Assembly (NCBI GenBank): GCA_009784515.1
Contig: WRBN01000001.1
Coordinates: 628-64,627 of the forward strand
Length of the DNA: 64,000 nt
Source: Spirochaetaceae bacterium
GTDB taxonomy: Bacteria; Spirochaetota; Spirochaetia; WRBN01
Direction: 5' to 3'
Below the pieces are notes generated by a model that had not been told where the DNA came from, ran no database searches, and saw only the letters and a program-made list of their open reading frames with translations. Shown here in pieces: positions 1-9,880 of the stretch. Made by a program: the position numbers and the translations under genes. Numbering within the stretch: position 1 is the stretch's first letter; each line of letters opens with the position of its first letter.

Positions 1-1
1 T

Positions 2-802
2 GGTAATAATAAGGACAATTTAGAGCATAACCAATATTTAAAATTTACTCGCGCTTGGCTTAAAGAGGCATACAGGTTACTAAAGCCCTCCGGTACTCTT
101 TATGTTTTTATGGGAGTACGTTACATATCGTATCTTTACCAGATACTTGAGCAAGAGCTTAGTATGCATTTCAATTCATGGATAACTTGGTATTACACGC
201 AAGGTATTGGTAAGACCAAAGGCTTTAGCCCGCGCCATGATGATATACTGATGTTTACTAAAAGCGAAAAATTCATTTTTAATTTAGATAACATTAGAGT
301 GCCGCAAAAATATTACCGTAGTGTTAATAATATGCGCGGGGCTAATCCCGGTAATGTTTGGGAATTTTCGCATATTCATTATTGTGAAAATGGCCGGCAA
401 AACCATCCTACCCAAAAGCCCGAAGCTTTATTTGAACGCATGGTGTTAGCTTCGTCTAATGAAAACGATAAGATACTTGACCCCTTTTGTGGTAGCGGCA
501 CGACCTTACGAGTTTGCCAGCAATTAAATAGACACGGCATAGGCATTGAGATAAATAGTGATTATGTAGAAATGACCAAAGCAAGATTAAAAGAACCCTT
601 TACCGGCTTTGATAGCATGGACGAGCGAATGTTAAGATTACCTAACGATTTAAACGACCCTACTATTCGTGATGAATACATTAAAAATCATGGGAAATGG
701 TTTTTAAAAAATAACCCGGAAGCTTTTGAGCAGTTTACAAAGGAAATTACTCCTAGAACCCATAAAATTAAAGCCGAACAAAGCTTGCTAAATTTTTCGT
801 AA
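2..802 (+). CDS. DNA methyltransferase, beta-class N4/N6 (PF01555-like), 5' end outside window
   Basis: Frame is open from nt 2 with no stop before the ATG at 110. Motifs HPTQKPEALFERMV and C-terminal SAM-binding DPFCGSGTT. Confidence 0.85.
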   Translation, partial: GNNKDNLEHNQYLKFTRAWLKEAYRLLKPSGTLYVFMGVRYISYLYQILEQELSMHFNSWITWYYTQGIGKTKGFSPRHDDILMFTKSEKFIFNLDNIRVPQKYYRSVNNMRGANPGNVWEFSHIHYCENGRQNHPTQKPEALFERMVLASSNENDKILDPFCGSGTTLRVCQQLNRHGIGIEINSDYVEMTKARLKEPFTGFDSMDERMLRLPNDLNDPTIRDEYIKNHGKWFLKNNPEAFEQFTKEITPRTHKIKAEQSLLNFS

Positions 803-821
803 TGCAGTAAAATAGGTTACC

Positions 822-1757
822 ATGTCTAAACCCAAAATGGGCGGCGGCCTCGATGCCCTGCTCGGCGGTATCCCCGCTATTAATAACGATAAACCCGCTA
901 CCCCCAGCGAAGTAGCCATCAATTTAATTAAGCCTAACCCCTTGCAGCCGCGCAAACACTTTGATGAAGATAAACTTACGGAATTGGCAACCTCTATCAC
1001 CCAAAAGGGAATTTTGCAGCCCTTACTCCTAGAAAAAGAAGGTAATGGTTATATTATTATCGCCGGTGAGCGCCGCTACCGGGCCGCTAAACTAGCGGGC
1101 TTAAGCCAAATACCGGCTATCATTAAAAATTTTAACACAGAAGAAAAGCTGGAGATAGCTTTAATCGAAAATATCCAGCGCGACGATTTAAAACCTATCG
1201 AAGAAGCTTTAGCTTACCGTGAGCTTATTAAATTACTTAACCTTAGTCAGCAAGAACTTGCCGACCGCTTAGGTAAAAGCCGCAGTGCGGTAGCCAATAG
1301 TCTGCGTTTACTAAAGTTACCAACGGCTATTCAGCAAGCTGCCGATAGCGGCACCATTAGCGCCGGCCATGCCCGCACCTTGCTTAGCGCCAAAGAAGAA
1401 TTACAAGAAGAGCTATGCCAAAAAATTATCAGCGAAGGCTTAAGCGTGCGGCAAACCGAAGAACTGGCCGCTAAAAGTCATAAACAGGTAATAAGGGACA
1501 AGGAACAAGGAACAGAAGAGGAACTTGTTCTAGCCGCAGACAAACCCATTTTAACGCCGCCCACAATGAATAACAAATTGGTAAATACTCATCATTTGCC
1601 GGCAAAAACTGTAAATAATCTAGAGATTGAACAAAAATTAGCCGATAAATTAGGGGTAAAGGTAGCCTTAATTGGTAATGGCTCGCAAGGTAAATTAGAA
1701 TTTTTTTACTCCACCAAAGCTGATTTAGACAAACTATTAGCCATTTTAAATAGATAA
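822..1757 (+). CDS. parB: ParB/Spo0J chromosome partitioning protein
   Basis: ParB box IIAGERRYRAAKLAG, an HTH segment (SQQELADRLGKSRSAVANSLRLLKL) and a C-terminal dimerisation-like tail. Confidence 0.9.
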   Translation: MSKPKMGGGLDALLGGIPAINNDKPATPSEVAINLIKPNPLQPRKHFDEDKLTELATSITQKGILQPLLLEKEGNGYIIIAGERRYRAAKLAGLSQIPAIIKNFNTEEKLEIALIENIQRDDLKPIEEALAYRELIKLLNLSQQELADRLGKSRSAVANSLRLLKLPTAIQQAADSGTISAGHARTLLSAKEELQEELCQKIISEGLSVRQTEELAAKSHKQVIRDKEQGTEEELVLAADKPILTPPTMNNKLVNTHHLPAKTVNNLEIEQKLADKLGVKVALIGNGSQGKLEFFYSTKADLDKLLAILNR

Positions 1758-1786
1758 AAGCCTAAAAACTTTAATAAGGTAGCCCT

Positions 1787-2602
1787 ATGGCCGTACTCTC
1801 CGAATATTTTTACGATAAATTCCGTACTCTTATTTATAACAACAGCGGTATTCATTTTAGCGACAGCAACCGCACAATCCTTGAAAGCCGTTTAGCCGAA
1901 CGGCTTAAATTAAAAGATAATGCCACCATCGAAGACTACTATTTATTAGTAAGTAGCGATGATAACGAGCTGCGTACCTTACTAGATGCCGTAACAACTA
2001 ACTTAACCAAGTTTTTTAGGAATATTCCGCAATACGAAACCTTTCAGCACTACGTTATCCCCCATTTAGTCGCTCATAAAAAGGAAAAAGGGCTTAATAG
2101 TATTAAGTTATGGAGCGCCGGTTGCAGCACCGGCGAAGAAGCTTATACGAACGCTATGTGCCTAAAAGAGTGGCTGCCCGCTAACTTTAACTTTACGGTT
2201 ACAGCCAGTGACTTAAGTTTAAAATCGTTATTAACGGCCGAAAGGGGGTTTTACCCCAAAGAACGCTGTGCCGATATAGCCGATAATTTATTAGAGAAAT
2301 ATTTTATAGCCGATGACAAAGGTTATACCGTAAAAAATGAGCTTAAAAACCATATTAAGTTTGACTACCACAACTTAAATTACGAAAGCGGTGTAAAAAA
2401 TTTTGATATAGTTTTTTGCCGTAATGTACTTATTTACTTTGACGAAAAAGCCCAAAAACAAGTGGTAGAACGTTTTTACCGTAGTATGGCCGATTATAGC
2501 TACCTTTTTATCGGCCATTCGGAGAGTTTATTTGGCCTTGATACCAAATTTAAATTTATAAAGACCGATTGGTCGTGCATCTATGGTAAATTTACCAATT
2601 AA
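1787..2602 (+). CDS. cheR: Chemotaxis protein methyltransferase CheR
   Basis: TNLTKFFRN and WSAGCSTGEEAYT SAM-binding motifs; VFCRNVLIYF. Confidence 0.9.
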   Translation: MAVLSEYFYDKFRTLIYNNSGIHFSDSNRTILESRLAERLKLKDNATIEDYYLLVSSDDNELRTLLDAVTTNLTKFFRNIPQYETFQHYVIPHLVAHKKEKGLNSIKLWSAGCSTGEEAYTNAMCLKEWLPANFNFTVTASDLSLKSLLTAERGFYPKERCADIADNLLEKYFIADDKGYTVKNELKNHIKFDYHNLNYESGVKNFDIVFCRNVLIYFDEKAQKQVVERFYRSMADYSYLFIGHSESLFGLDTKFKFIKTDWSCIYGKFTN

Positions 2603-2666
2603 AGATTAAGAAACAAGGCTTTTTAATCCTTAATTATTACTTTTTAATTTCAATAAGGATAATGTA

Positions 2667-3791
2667 TTGAGTAAAATTTCGGTATTAGTCGTTGACGATT
2701 CGGCCTTAATGCGTAACCTAATTAGTAAAATAATTCAGGAAAGCCCGCGTTTAACTTTGGCCGGCACGGCCGTTAATGGGCGCGATGCCATAGAGAAAAT
2801 TGCCGCCCTCAAACCCCATGCTATCACCCTCGATTTAGAAATGCCCGAGCTTAACGGCATTGGCTTTTTAAAACAATATAACAAACATGCCTTTGATATG
2901 CCGGTTATCGTGCTTTCTTCGCTGGCTCATAAAGGGGCCGCTATTACGATGGAGGCTTTAACACTTGGGGCAGCCGATTTTTTACCCAAACCCTCCGGCT
3001 CGATTAGTTTAGATATTCATAAGGTAGCAGCCAAACTTACCGAACTGCTTATCGCCTACGGCAGCGACTACTTGCGCCGTAAACAATTTAGCAACTTACA
3101 GGCCGATTTAAATTTAGAGCCCGATAGCAAACCTAAAGATTTAACACCGGAACCAACTGCCTCTTATGGCGGCCCCAAACGCAGCAGTGTGGCTAAAGTG
3201 CTGTGCATTGGTATTTCTACCGGTGGGCCGGCTGCTTTGCGCGAATTATTTTTGGGGCTGCCTAAAAATTTTTCACTGCCTATTTTAATGGTGCAGCACA
3301 TGCCCGAAGGTTTTACCGGTGAATTTGCCCGTAACCTTAATCAATTAAGCCACCTTAAAGTAAAAGAGGCCGAAGCCGGCGACTTAATAGAGCCCGGTGT
3401 GGCCTTACTTGCTCCCGGCAATGCTCATATTGTGGTAGAAAAAAATAGTGGTGGCGCTAATAGCCTAGCTCTTTCGCACCGGCCGGCCGTTAATGGCCAT
3501 CGTCCTAGTGTCGATATATTATTTGAAAGTGTCGCCAAAGTTTATGGCGGCGAGGCTATCGCTTTAATTATGACCGGTATGGGCAACGACGGTGTTAAAG
3601 GGATAGGCCAGCTTTATAACTTAGGAGCCCTAACTTTAGCCCAAGATAAAAAAAGCAGCATTGTTTTTGGTATGCCCCGCCTTGCGATTGAGGCCGGTTA
3701 TATCCACGAGGTAGTACCTCTTAACAGGCTGGCCGAAAAACTTAATAAATGGGCCCGGCGCTTAACCCCGCTTGAGGTATTAAATGGATAA
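2667..3791 (+). CDS. cheB: Chemotaxis response regulator protein-glutamate methylesterase CheB (TTG start)
   Basis: N-terminal receiver domain (VLVVDDSALMR...DLEMPELNG) and C-terminal methylesterase domain (GISTGGP, GMGNDG). Confidence 0.9.
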   Translation: MSKISVLVVDDSALMRNLISKIIQESPRLTLAGTAVNGRDAIEKIAALKPHAITLDLEMPELNGIGFLKQYNKHAFDMPVIVLSSLAHKGAAITMEALTLGAADFLPKPSGSISLDIHKVAAKLTELLIAYGSDYLRRKQFSNLQADLNLEPDSKPKDLTPEPTASYGGPKRSSVAKVLCIGISTGGPAALRELFLGLPKNFSLPILMVQHMPEGFTGEFARNLNQLSHLKVKEAEAGDLIEPGVALLAPGNAHIVVEKNSGGANSLALSHRPAVNGHRPSVDILFESVAKVYGGEAIALIMTGMGNDGVKGIGQLYNLGALTLAQDKKSSIVFGMPRLAIEAGYIHEVVPLNRLAEKLNKWARRLTPLEVLNG

Positions 3792-4443
3792 CCAGCTAGA
3801 TAACTTTGCCGCCGAACTTAAAGCCGAAGCTGCCGACCCTAGTCGTTTAAGCGGCCTCATCATTGAAGCCATTAAAGAGATTGATGAGGTAGATGAAAAC
3901 TTATTAAAGAACCGCGACTTACTACAAAATATTAAGGAGCGTCCCTTTTGGCAGCGGCTGGCCAAAAGCAGCAGTAAAGATTTAGCCCAAAGCGGCGAAG
4001 AGCAAAATCAAATTATAGCTATGCAAAATATGGCTTTGCACAAATTTTTCCAAATTATGCGGGCTAGTATTGCCTTAAACCTGCATAACACGCAATTTTT
4101 AATTAAACTTAGCGCCGAGTTAAAAAGTGGTGCAAAAAGACTTAACATTAAAGACAGCAGCCTCTTTGATATGGCTACTTCATTTTTAGATGAATCTATT
4201 AAGGCCGTACAACACCACGATGAACAAATTGCTTATTTACAAACTAAACTAGAGGGGCGGCTAATCCCCCTAGAGCTTACCATTAAAGAACAAGAAAAAA
4301 AATTAGCTAATCTTGAACAAAAAATAATTAAACTAAGCCTTAATAAAAAGCTTAAAGGCCACAACCTAATTACTTACTTTTTTGTGGTCATCAATATTAT
4401 TTTTATCATATTTATTTTAGCCTTCTTTTTTACAAGACTCTAA
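3784..4443 (+). CDS. Hypothetical coiled-coil protein with C-terminal transmembrane anchor
   Basis: ATG overlaps the cheB stop (ATGGATAA). Heptad-rich sequence; C-terminal ITYFFVVINIIFIIFILAFFF. Confidence 0.5.
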   Translation: MDNQLDNFAAELKAEAADPSRLSGLIIEAIKEIDEVDENLLKNRDLLQNIKERPFWQRLAKSSSKDLAQSGEEQNQIIAMQNMALHKFFQIMRASIALNLHNTQFLIKLSAELKSGAKRLNIKDSSLFDMATSFLDESIKAVQHHDEQIAYLQTKLEGRLIPLELTIKEQEKKLANLEQKIIKLSLNKKLKGHNLITYFFVVINIIFIIFILAFFFTRL

Positions 4444-4469
4444 AATCATTAAGAATTTTCACTTTTTAA

Positions 4470-5594
4470 TTATTTAAGGTCTTTTAAAGCAATCGGCTCA
4501 GCAGTATCGCTGTCGGCTACCTCTTTGCCGTATTCCACTAATAAATCTTTTAGCTTACCACTTATCTTTTTAGGAATGCTAATTTTAAGCTTAACATACA
4601 TATCGCCGCGCTTATTGTTGTTCATCACCGTAGCGCCTTTGCCTTTAATCCGCAGCAGTTCGCCATCGTGGCTGGCAGCCGGTATTTTAACTTTAACTTT
4701 TTCGTCATCAAGGGTGGCCACAATTAAATCGCCGCCGAGTACCGCCTTATTAAAGTTAATGGGCATAGCCAAATATAAATCGTAGCCACTGCGCTCAAAG
4801 TATTTGTCAGCTAATATTTTAATGTAAACGTATAAATCGCCGCTGCGACCTCCTTGCGGAGCAGCATCACCGCGCCCCTCTAGCCGCAGCCGCTGGCCGT
4901 CATCGATACCGGCGGGAATATTAATAGATAAAGTATGCTTTTGGCTCACCACACCGCGCCCGCGACATTTTGTACAGGGACTTTCAACGATGGTGCCTTC
5001 GCCATGGCAGGTAGGGCAAGGGCGCGAAACACTAAAAAAGCCCGCCGATTGCTGCACTTGGCCGCGCCCGCCACAAGTGGTACAAGTTTTACGGCTGGTA
5101 CCCTCTTTAGCGCCGCTGCCGTGGCATAAATCGCAGCTGGCAAGCGATTCGTAACTTATCTCTTTATGGCTGCCAAAGCTGGCCTCTTTTAAAGTAATTT
5201 TTAAATCGTAACGTAAATCGGCGCCACGCGGCTGGCCCCGTTGCTGGCGGCTACGGCCCCCGCCGCCAAAAAACGAGCCAAATATATCTTCAAAACCCCT
5301 AAAACCTTGCCCAAAGATGTCCTCAAAGCCCCTAAAGGCATTAGGGTTAAAACCGGCGCCGCCGGCATTTTCTACCCCAGCAAAACCGTAGGCATCGTAA
5401 GCTTTACGTTTTTCGGGGGTAGAGAGTATCTCGTAGGCTTCGGTAGCCTCTTTAAATTTATCTTCGGCCTCTTTGCTGCCGGGGTTTTTATCGGGGTGAT
5501 ATTGTATGGCCAGTTTGCGGTAGGCCTTTTTAATTTCGTCTTCGGTGGCTGTTTTAGTTATGCCTAGTACTTCGTAATAATCTCTTTTTGCCAT
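4470..5594 (-). CDS. dnaJ: Molecular chaperone DnaJ
   Basis: J domain with HPDKN, a G/F region and four CxxCxGxG zinc-finger repeats. Confidence 0.95.
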   Translation of the reverse strand: MAKRDYYEVLGITKTATEDEIKKAYRKLAIQYHPDKNPGSKEAEDKFKEATEAYEILSTPEKRKAYDAYGFAGVENAGGAGFNPNAFRGFEDIFGQGFRGFEDIFGSFFGGGGRSRQQRGQPRGADLRYDLKITLKEASFGSHKEISYESLASCDLCHGSGAKEGTSRKTCTTCGGRGQVQQSAGFFSVSRPCPTCHGEGTIVESPCTKCRGRGVVSQKHTLSINIPAGIDDGQRLRLEGRGDAAPQGGRSGDLYVYIKILADKYFERSGYDLYLAMPINFNKAVLGGDLIVATLDDEKVKVKIPAASHDGELLRIKGKGATVMNNNKRGDMYVKLKISIPKKISGKLKDLLVEYGKEVADSDTAEPIALKDLK

Positions 5595-5684
5595 TTGGCG
5601 CGTCCTTTTTACCTGCTATAAGCTGCTTGGTTAATTGCTATTAGTTAAGATAACACTTTTTTGGCTTTAAATCAAGGGTTGCCC

Positions 5685-5713
5685 TTGCTCAATCTACTAT
5701 TTTAAGTTATAGT
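5685..5713 (+). promoter_or_regulatory. Sigma70-like promoter TTGCTC-17-TATAGT, 5 nt from the tatD ATG (leaderless geometry)
   Basis: Direct reading; no SD in the gap. Confidence 0.45.
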
Positions 5714-5718
5714 AAACT

Positions 5719-6489
5719 ATGTCGTTTTGTTTTAATTTAATAGATAACCATTTTCATTATAAAAAAGAAGGGGCCGGTGTAGCGGTAAATATCGATGAAG
5801 CTTTTAATTTAGGGCTGCTGGCCGCCATCGAGGCCGGCACTAACCTTGAAGACATTGCCGAGCGTTTAACTTATGTAAATAGTCATAAAAATTTATTTGC
5901 TACCGTTGGGGTGCACCCCGAATATGCCACCCCGCAGGTAATAGAGCAACTGCCGGCGCTTAATCAATATTTAAGCCACCCTAAAGTAGTGGCCATTGGC
6001 GAAATAGGGCTGGATTATAGTTATAGCACCGATAAAAAATTACAGCAAAATTTATTTGCCGGCCAGCTACAGTTAGCTAAAGCTAACCATAAACTTATTA
6101 TGCTGCATATCCGCGATGCGCACGCCGATACTTTAGCAATGGTAGATGAAGCCGGCTTAACCGGCGGCGTGGTACATTGCTTTAGCGCCGATGTAGCCAC
6201 CGCTAAGGCTTGGCTGGACAGGGGGTTTTATCTCTCGTTCCCCGGTATTATTACCTTTAAAAACGGCGAAAGTTGCCGCCAAAGCGCTGCCTACACCCCT
6301 ATCGATAGATTATTTTGCGAAACCGATGCCCCATGGCTGGCACCAGTGCCGGTGCGCGGCAAGGAAAACAGCCCTATCTATGTACGTTATATTTACGATG
6401 AACTGGCTAAGCTAAAAAATATGAGCTTAGCCCAACTGGCTGCTGCTATTAAAGATAATTTTGAGAGTTTATATAAAGTTACTTTGTAG
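5719..6489 (+). CDS. TatD family metal-dependent hydrolase
   Basis: IDNHFH, GEIGLDY and HCFS motifs typical of TatD/YcfH. Confidence 0.85.
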   Translation: MSFCFNLIDNHFHYKKEGAGVAVNIDEAFNLGLLAAIEAGTNLEDIAERLTYVNSHKNLFATVGVHPEYATPQVIEQLPALNQYLSHPKVVAIGEIGLDYSYSTDKKLQQNLFAGQLQLAKANHKLIMLHIRDAHADTLAMVDEAGLTGGVVHCFSADVATAKAWLDRGFYLSFPGIITFKNGESCRQSAAYTPIDRLFCETDAPWLAPVPVRGKENSPIYVRYIYDELAKLKNMSLAQLAAAIKDNFESLYKVTL

Positions 6490-6782
6490 GTACCTAACGA
6501 TGGACACAATTTTTACCGGCCAGTAAGCCATCTATGCCCCTTGCCGCCCCTTTATTAAAAAAGCAAAATTTTATTGTAACCATTAGGTAATAATTTAGCA
6601 TACAAATAATATACCGTTAAACTAACCTTTACAGCCTTTATATATACAATACTATGCACAAATTATACACACAATATTAATTACTACTAAAACACAGCTT
6701 AATTAACTGTATTCTTTTGCAATTAATCTTTAAAAACATACAAAAATTATACAAATTTTATGCAAATTTTCCTTGTTTGGTA

Positions 6783-6811
6783 TTGACACTTTTAAAAACT
6801 ATAGCTACACT
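6783..6811 (+). promoter_or_regulatory. Sigma70-like promoter TTGACA-17-TACACT for the porin-like gene
   Basis: Direct reading. Preceded by a long A/T-rich upstream region with AAATTATACA repeats. Confidence 0.5.
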
Positions 6812-6869
6812 TACCCTAAAGAAAAGTCTTATGGCTTTTTAAACATTCTTTATATTTAAGGAGAAGCAA

Positions 6870-8156
6870 ATGAAAAAGTTTTTATTAGTATTTGCCCTTA
6901 TGGTGGTAGCAAATACAGCTTTTGCTCAAGAAGAAGAAACCAGCCGCTTATCGATTGGTGGACAAATACGTACACGCGCATTTATTAGTCCGGATAGAAT
7001 TGACTCTGGTTTTAGCCATTTTCCTCACCTATATGTGGGATTCGATTTTAACGAGCACGTAAATGCCTACTTACAGCTTCGTCTTTCGCAAACTCATCTT
7101 ACACTTGCCTTTATAAGGTATGCTTATGTACAAGCTAACGTATTGGGCTTAGCCGGTATAGATGGACATAGCCTTTACGTTACCGTTGGCCGTACCGACA
7201 CTGTTACCCGCGATTTTGGTGTACTAACCAACTACAACTTTGGCCAGTATACTAATTACGGTAATGGCTGGACATGGAACCCTAACGGTGGTATTAACTT
7301 TAACTTAGGTTTAACTTTTAACCTAGATCCAGCCATTTTCCCGCTTTATATTAACTGGATGAGTAACCTTAATATGAGTGCTGGTGTTGGCGCTGCGGAT
7401 GCCGATTTTACCCATGGTGGTGTAATGTTTAATGACCCACAAACTGATGATGAAGCTATTAGAAGATGGGTTGGTTTAATAGATATTGGTTTTGCCGGCC
7501 TAGATTTAGGTGCTGTAGCTTTAAGCGCTAACCTTTATGGTATAATTAGATTAGATGCCGATATTCACGATTTAACCTACAATACCACTAGGGCTGGTGC
7601 CAGTGTTGGTGTAACTGTAAACGATTTACCGGTAAGCCTACGTGTTGGCGCTAACTTTGAAGCAACCTTAGAATATGATATAGCTACCGGTGAAGACCGC
7701 AACGGTTTTGCTGTTGGTGCTGGTGTAGCCGTTGGTGTACCCAATGTACTTACCAGTGCCGTAAACTTTGCTGCCTTAATTAGCGAAGATGATTGGCTAT
7801 CTGCCGGTACTGCCGTTGGAGTTGGTGCCCTTCGTGATGGTACTATGATAGCAGGATTAGATTTTAAATACATCGCATTAGGCTGGTTACAACCTTATGT
7901 TTCGGTTGGCGCTTTAGTAGGTACCACCGGTGATGTAGACCGCGAATGGTTTGATAGCGATGTTAATGCTCCTGCCGATAGGTTAGCTTGGGAACTTGGT
8001 ATACATTTTCCTATCCAAAATATCCCTGTTGGTCGTGTAGATGTTTATATGGCTTGGGCACGCGGCCACTTACTCACTAGCGGTATGAACGACCTATATG
8101 GTTTAACCACCGGTGGTTTAGGCGGGTTTGCTTTAGTTGTACGTGCTAGTTTCTAG
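6870..8156 (+). CDS. Putative outer-membrane beta-barrel protein (porin-like)
   Basis: Signal peptide MKKFLLVFALMVVANTAFA, Gly/aromatic-rich alternating sequence, C-terminal Phe. Strong SD (AAGGAGA), promoter and terminator. Confidence 0.6.
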   Translation: MKKFLLVFALMVVANTAFAQEEETSRLSIGGQIRTRAFISPDRIDSGFSHFPHLYVGFDFNEHVNAYLQLRLSQTHLTLAFIRYAYVQANVLGLAGIDGHSLYVTVGRTDTVTRDFGVLTNYNFGQYTNYGNGWTWNPNGGINFNLGLTFNLDPAIFPLYINWMSNLNMSAGVGAADADFTHGGVMFNDPQTDDEAIRRWVGLIDIGFAGLDLGAVALSANLYGIIRLDADIHDLTYNTTRAGASVGVTVNDLPVSLRVGANFEATLEYDIATGEDRNGFAVGAGVAVGVPNVLTSAVNFAALISEDDWLSAGTAVGVGALRDGTMIAGLDFKYIALGWLQPYVSVGALVGTTGDVDREWFDSDVNAPADRLAWELGIHFPIQNIPVGRVDVYMAWARGHLLTSGMNDLYGLTTGGLGGFALVVRASF

Positions 8157-8193
8157 TATGTAAACTATCAAAATTACTTAAGTTTATTTATAC

Positions 8194-8222
8194 AAACCCG
8201 CCTTAAGGCGGGTTTGGTTTAT
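8194..8222 (+). terminator. Rho-independent terminator after the porin-like gene
   Basis: AAACCCGCC-TTAA-GGCGGGTTT followed by a T-rich tail. Confidence 0.7.
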
Positions 8223-8263
8223 TTAGGTGGCTAGTTTTCATTAAAATTATTAACATAAAAAAT

Positions 8264-8644
8264 TTAGCGGCTAACCCTATCCAATATAAGTTTAAGTAAC
8301 TGCTTATTATTCATTTTACCACTGGCAAGCTCAAGGCCGATATAGATTATGTCATCATCTGTAAATCCTGCTTTAATATGGTTTAACTCTAAAAGAGTTA
8401 GCATAATATAAGTACCCATACGTTTATTACCATCTAAAAAGGGGTGGTTACTCACAATACCATAAGTAATACGTGCAATTTTTTCTATATTTGATGAATA
8501 TAACTCTTTACCATCAACTGTTTGAAATGCTACAGCCAAAGCAGAAGCTAACAAAGATTCATCTTTAATTCCAACTAAACCGCCTGTTGCATTCATCATC
8601 TTTTCATGCAAGCGCTTAATTTGATTAAGCTCTAGCATTATCAT
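8264..8644 (-). CDS. doc: Type II toxin, Doc (Fic/Doc family)
   Basis: Fic/Doc motif HPFLDGNKR. 4-nt ATGA overlap with the upstream small ORF. Confidence 0.85.
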   Translation of the reverse strand: MIMLELNQIKRLHEKMMNATGGLVGIKDESLLASALAVAFQTVDGKELYSSNIEKIARITYGIVSNHPFLDGNKRMGTYIMLTLLELNHIKAGFTDDDIIYIGLELASGKMNNKQLLKLILDRVSR

Positions 8645-8814
8645 TTGGCCAACTCCTCAAAGGCTTTAATATGCTTTGCTAAAATTTGGGCAGCCACCTT
8701 TTCTACCTCATCATCATTTGCTATAGTAATTTCTTGATGGCTCTCCAAGCAATATTCCTCTTCATCACTCTTAAAAAAAATATCTTTTTCAAGTACGTCA
8801 TCTAATTTGCTCAT
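8641..8814 (-). CDS. Putative antitoxin partner of Doc (57 aa from the ATG; track ORF starts at an upstream TTG)
   Basis: Small acidic ORF translationally coupled to doc. GGAGGA SD 5 nt upstream of the ATG at 8814. Confidence 0.55.
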   Translation of the reverse strand: MSKLDDVLEKDIFFKSDEEEYCLESHQEITIANDDEVEKVAAQILAKHIKAFEELAK

Positions 8815-8835
8815 CTTATCCTCCAATATGGTTAT

Positions 8836-8864
8836 AGTATAAACCTCTTTATAAATTTTGTCAA
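8836..8864 (-). promoter_or_regulatory. Sigma70-like promoter TTGACA-17-TATACT for the antitoxin-doc operon
   Basis: Direct reading of the minus strand. Confidence 0.5.
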
Positions 8865-8873
8865 AAAAGCTAC

Positions 8874-8902
8874 TTGGTTTTAAGATAAAAATATGTTATA
8901 AT
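8874..8902 (+). promoter_or_regulatory. Sigma70-like promoter TTGGTT-17-TATAAT, 6 nt from the coaD ATG (leaderless geometry)
   Basis: Direct reading; the gap CATTAA has no SD. Confidence 0.5.
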
Positions 8903-8908
8903 CATTAA

Positions 8909-9400
8909 ATGATTAAAGCGCTTTTTCCCGGCAACTTCGACCCGCCAACTTACGGCCACTTTAACATTGTGGCCCGCGCCAGCCGTCTTTTTGATAAGCT
9001 TGATGTTGTTATTTCGGTAAATCCCAATAAAACCCCCTTTTTTACCACTCAAGAACGGGTAGAGCTTATGCAAAAATATTGCGCCGAATATAAAAACGTA
9101 ACGGTTACCCACTGGCAAGGCCTTACCGTAGACTATGCCCGCCATAATAATATTAATATTATTGTGCGCGGCCTGCGCCCGCTCTCCGATTTTGCCTACG
9201 AATTTGAGATAGCCAGCATTAACCATCAATTAAATAACGAAGTAGAAACGATGTTTATCCCCACTATTCCTAAATATTCTGTTTTACGCTCGTCTTCTTT
9301 AAAAGAGATGGCTTTATTTGGGGCCGAAATTAACAGCTTAGCCCCGCCCGAAATTATTGCTATGGTTAAAGAACGCATTAAAGTAGATAATAACTCATAG
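8909..9400 (+). CDS. coaD: Phosphopantetheine adenylyltransferase
   Basis: N-terminal FPGNFDPPTYGH nucleotidyltransferase motif; about 160 aa. Confidence 0.9.
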   Translation: MIKALFPGNFDPPTYGHFNIVARASRLFDKLDVVISVNPNKTPFFTTQERVELMQKYCAEYKNVTVTHWQGLTVDYARHNNINIIVRGLRPLSDFAYEFEIASINHQLNNEVETMFIPTIPKYSVLRSSSLKEMALFGAEINSLAPPEIIAMVKERIKVDNNS

Positions 9401-9541
9401 TGAATAGGCGATAACTGAAAGAGGGGTACTAACTTCGTCATCATCGGCTTTAGCCGGGCGGATTAAAGTTAAAGCCCCTTCATCGTTATGATAATCGGCC
9501 TTAACATAAAGCTTATCTAAAGGCGAATTAAAAATAGCCAT
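9395..9541 (-). CDS. Possible small ORF (48 aa), not on the ORF track
   Basis: ATG preceded by AAGGAAGG. Translation MAIFNSPLDKLYVKADYHNDEGALTLIRPAKADDDEVSTPLSVIAYSL. Converges on the coaD stop. Confidence 0.25.
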   Translation of the reverse strand: MAIFNSPLDKLYVKADYHNDEGALTLIRPAKADDDEVSTPLSVIAYSL

Positions 9542-9552
9542 TAGCGCCTTCC

Positions 9553-9581
9553 TTGACAAAAGTTATAAGTTAGTTTAAAAT
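9553..9581 (+). promoter_or_regulatory. Sigma70-like promoter TTGACA-17-TAAAAT for the small-membrane-ORF/cupin operon
   Basis: Direct reading. Confidence 0.5.
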
Positions 9582-9621
9582 TTTACTAATTTATTGTCAA
9601 TCACTATAAAGGATTAAAAAT

Positions 9622-9687
9622 ATGATTATAGGGATTATCTTGGGAGTAATTGGCGTTATCTTTTTTATAATGATAAATCGTAAGTAA
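9622..9687 (+). CDS. Possible 21-aa hydrophobic peptide
   Basis: AAGGA SD upstream. Translation MIIGIILGVIGVIFFIMINRK. Lies downstream of the promoter at 9553. Confidence 0.3.
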   Translation: MIIGIILGVIGVIFFIMINRK

Positions 9688-9690
9688 AAT

Positions 9691-9879
9691 ATGGACACAG
9701 CACGCATATTAGCCATAATTGTATTAGGCTCGTTTAGTATCTCGGCCATAATCGGTTTAACGATATTAATTGTGTTTGTTATACGCAAATTTGGCCTTTT
9801 AATAGGCTTAATTATTGGCAGCCCTATCATAGCTTTTGCTATCTTAATAACGATAATCATTTCATTAGGAGGAGTATAA
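9691..9879 (+). CDS. Small membrane protein (62 aa)
   Basis: Two hydrophobic helices. Immediately upstream of the cupin gene on the same strand. Preferred over the antisense ORF 9597..9860. Confidence 0.4.
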   Translation: MDTARILAIIVLGSFSISAIIGLTILIVFVIRKFGLLIGLIIGSPIIAFAILITIIISLGGV

Positions 9880-9880
9880 A

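Noticed and set aside
1-2000. Search for a parS site (TGTTTCACGTGAAACA-like) near parB
   Set aside because: No convincing match was seen by eye here or elsewhere in the window. The closest is TTCACGTG at about 13667, which lacks the flanking half-sites. This is not evidence of absence from the genome.
5274-5336. Duplicated FRGFEDIFG peptide repeat in DnaJ
   Set aside because: It lies in the normal Gly/Phe-rich linker of DnaJ, where such short repeats are common. It is not a separate feature.
9597-9860. 87-aa minus-strand hydrophobic ORF
   Set aside because: It is the mirror image of the plus-strand small membrane ORF. The plus-strand ORF fits the promoter at 9553 and the downstream cupin operon, and both frames are hydrophobic only because the DNA is T/A-rich.
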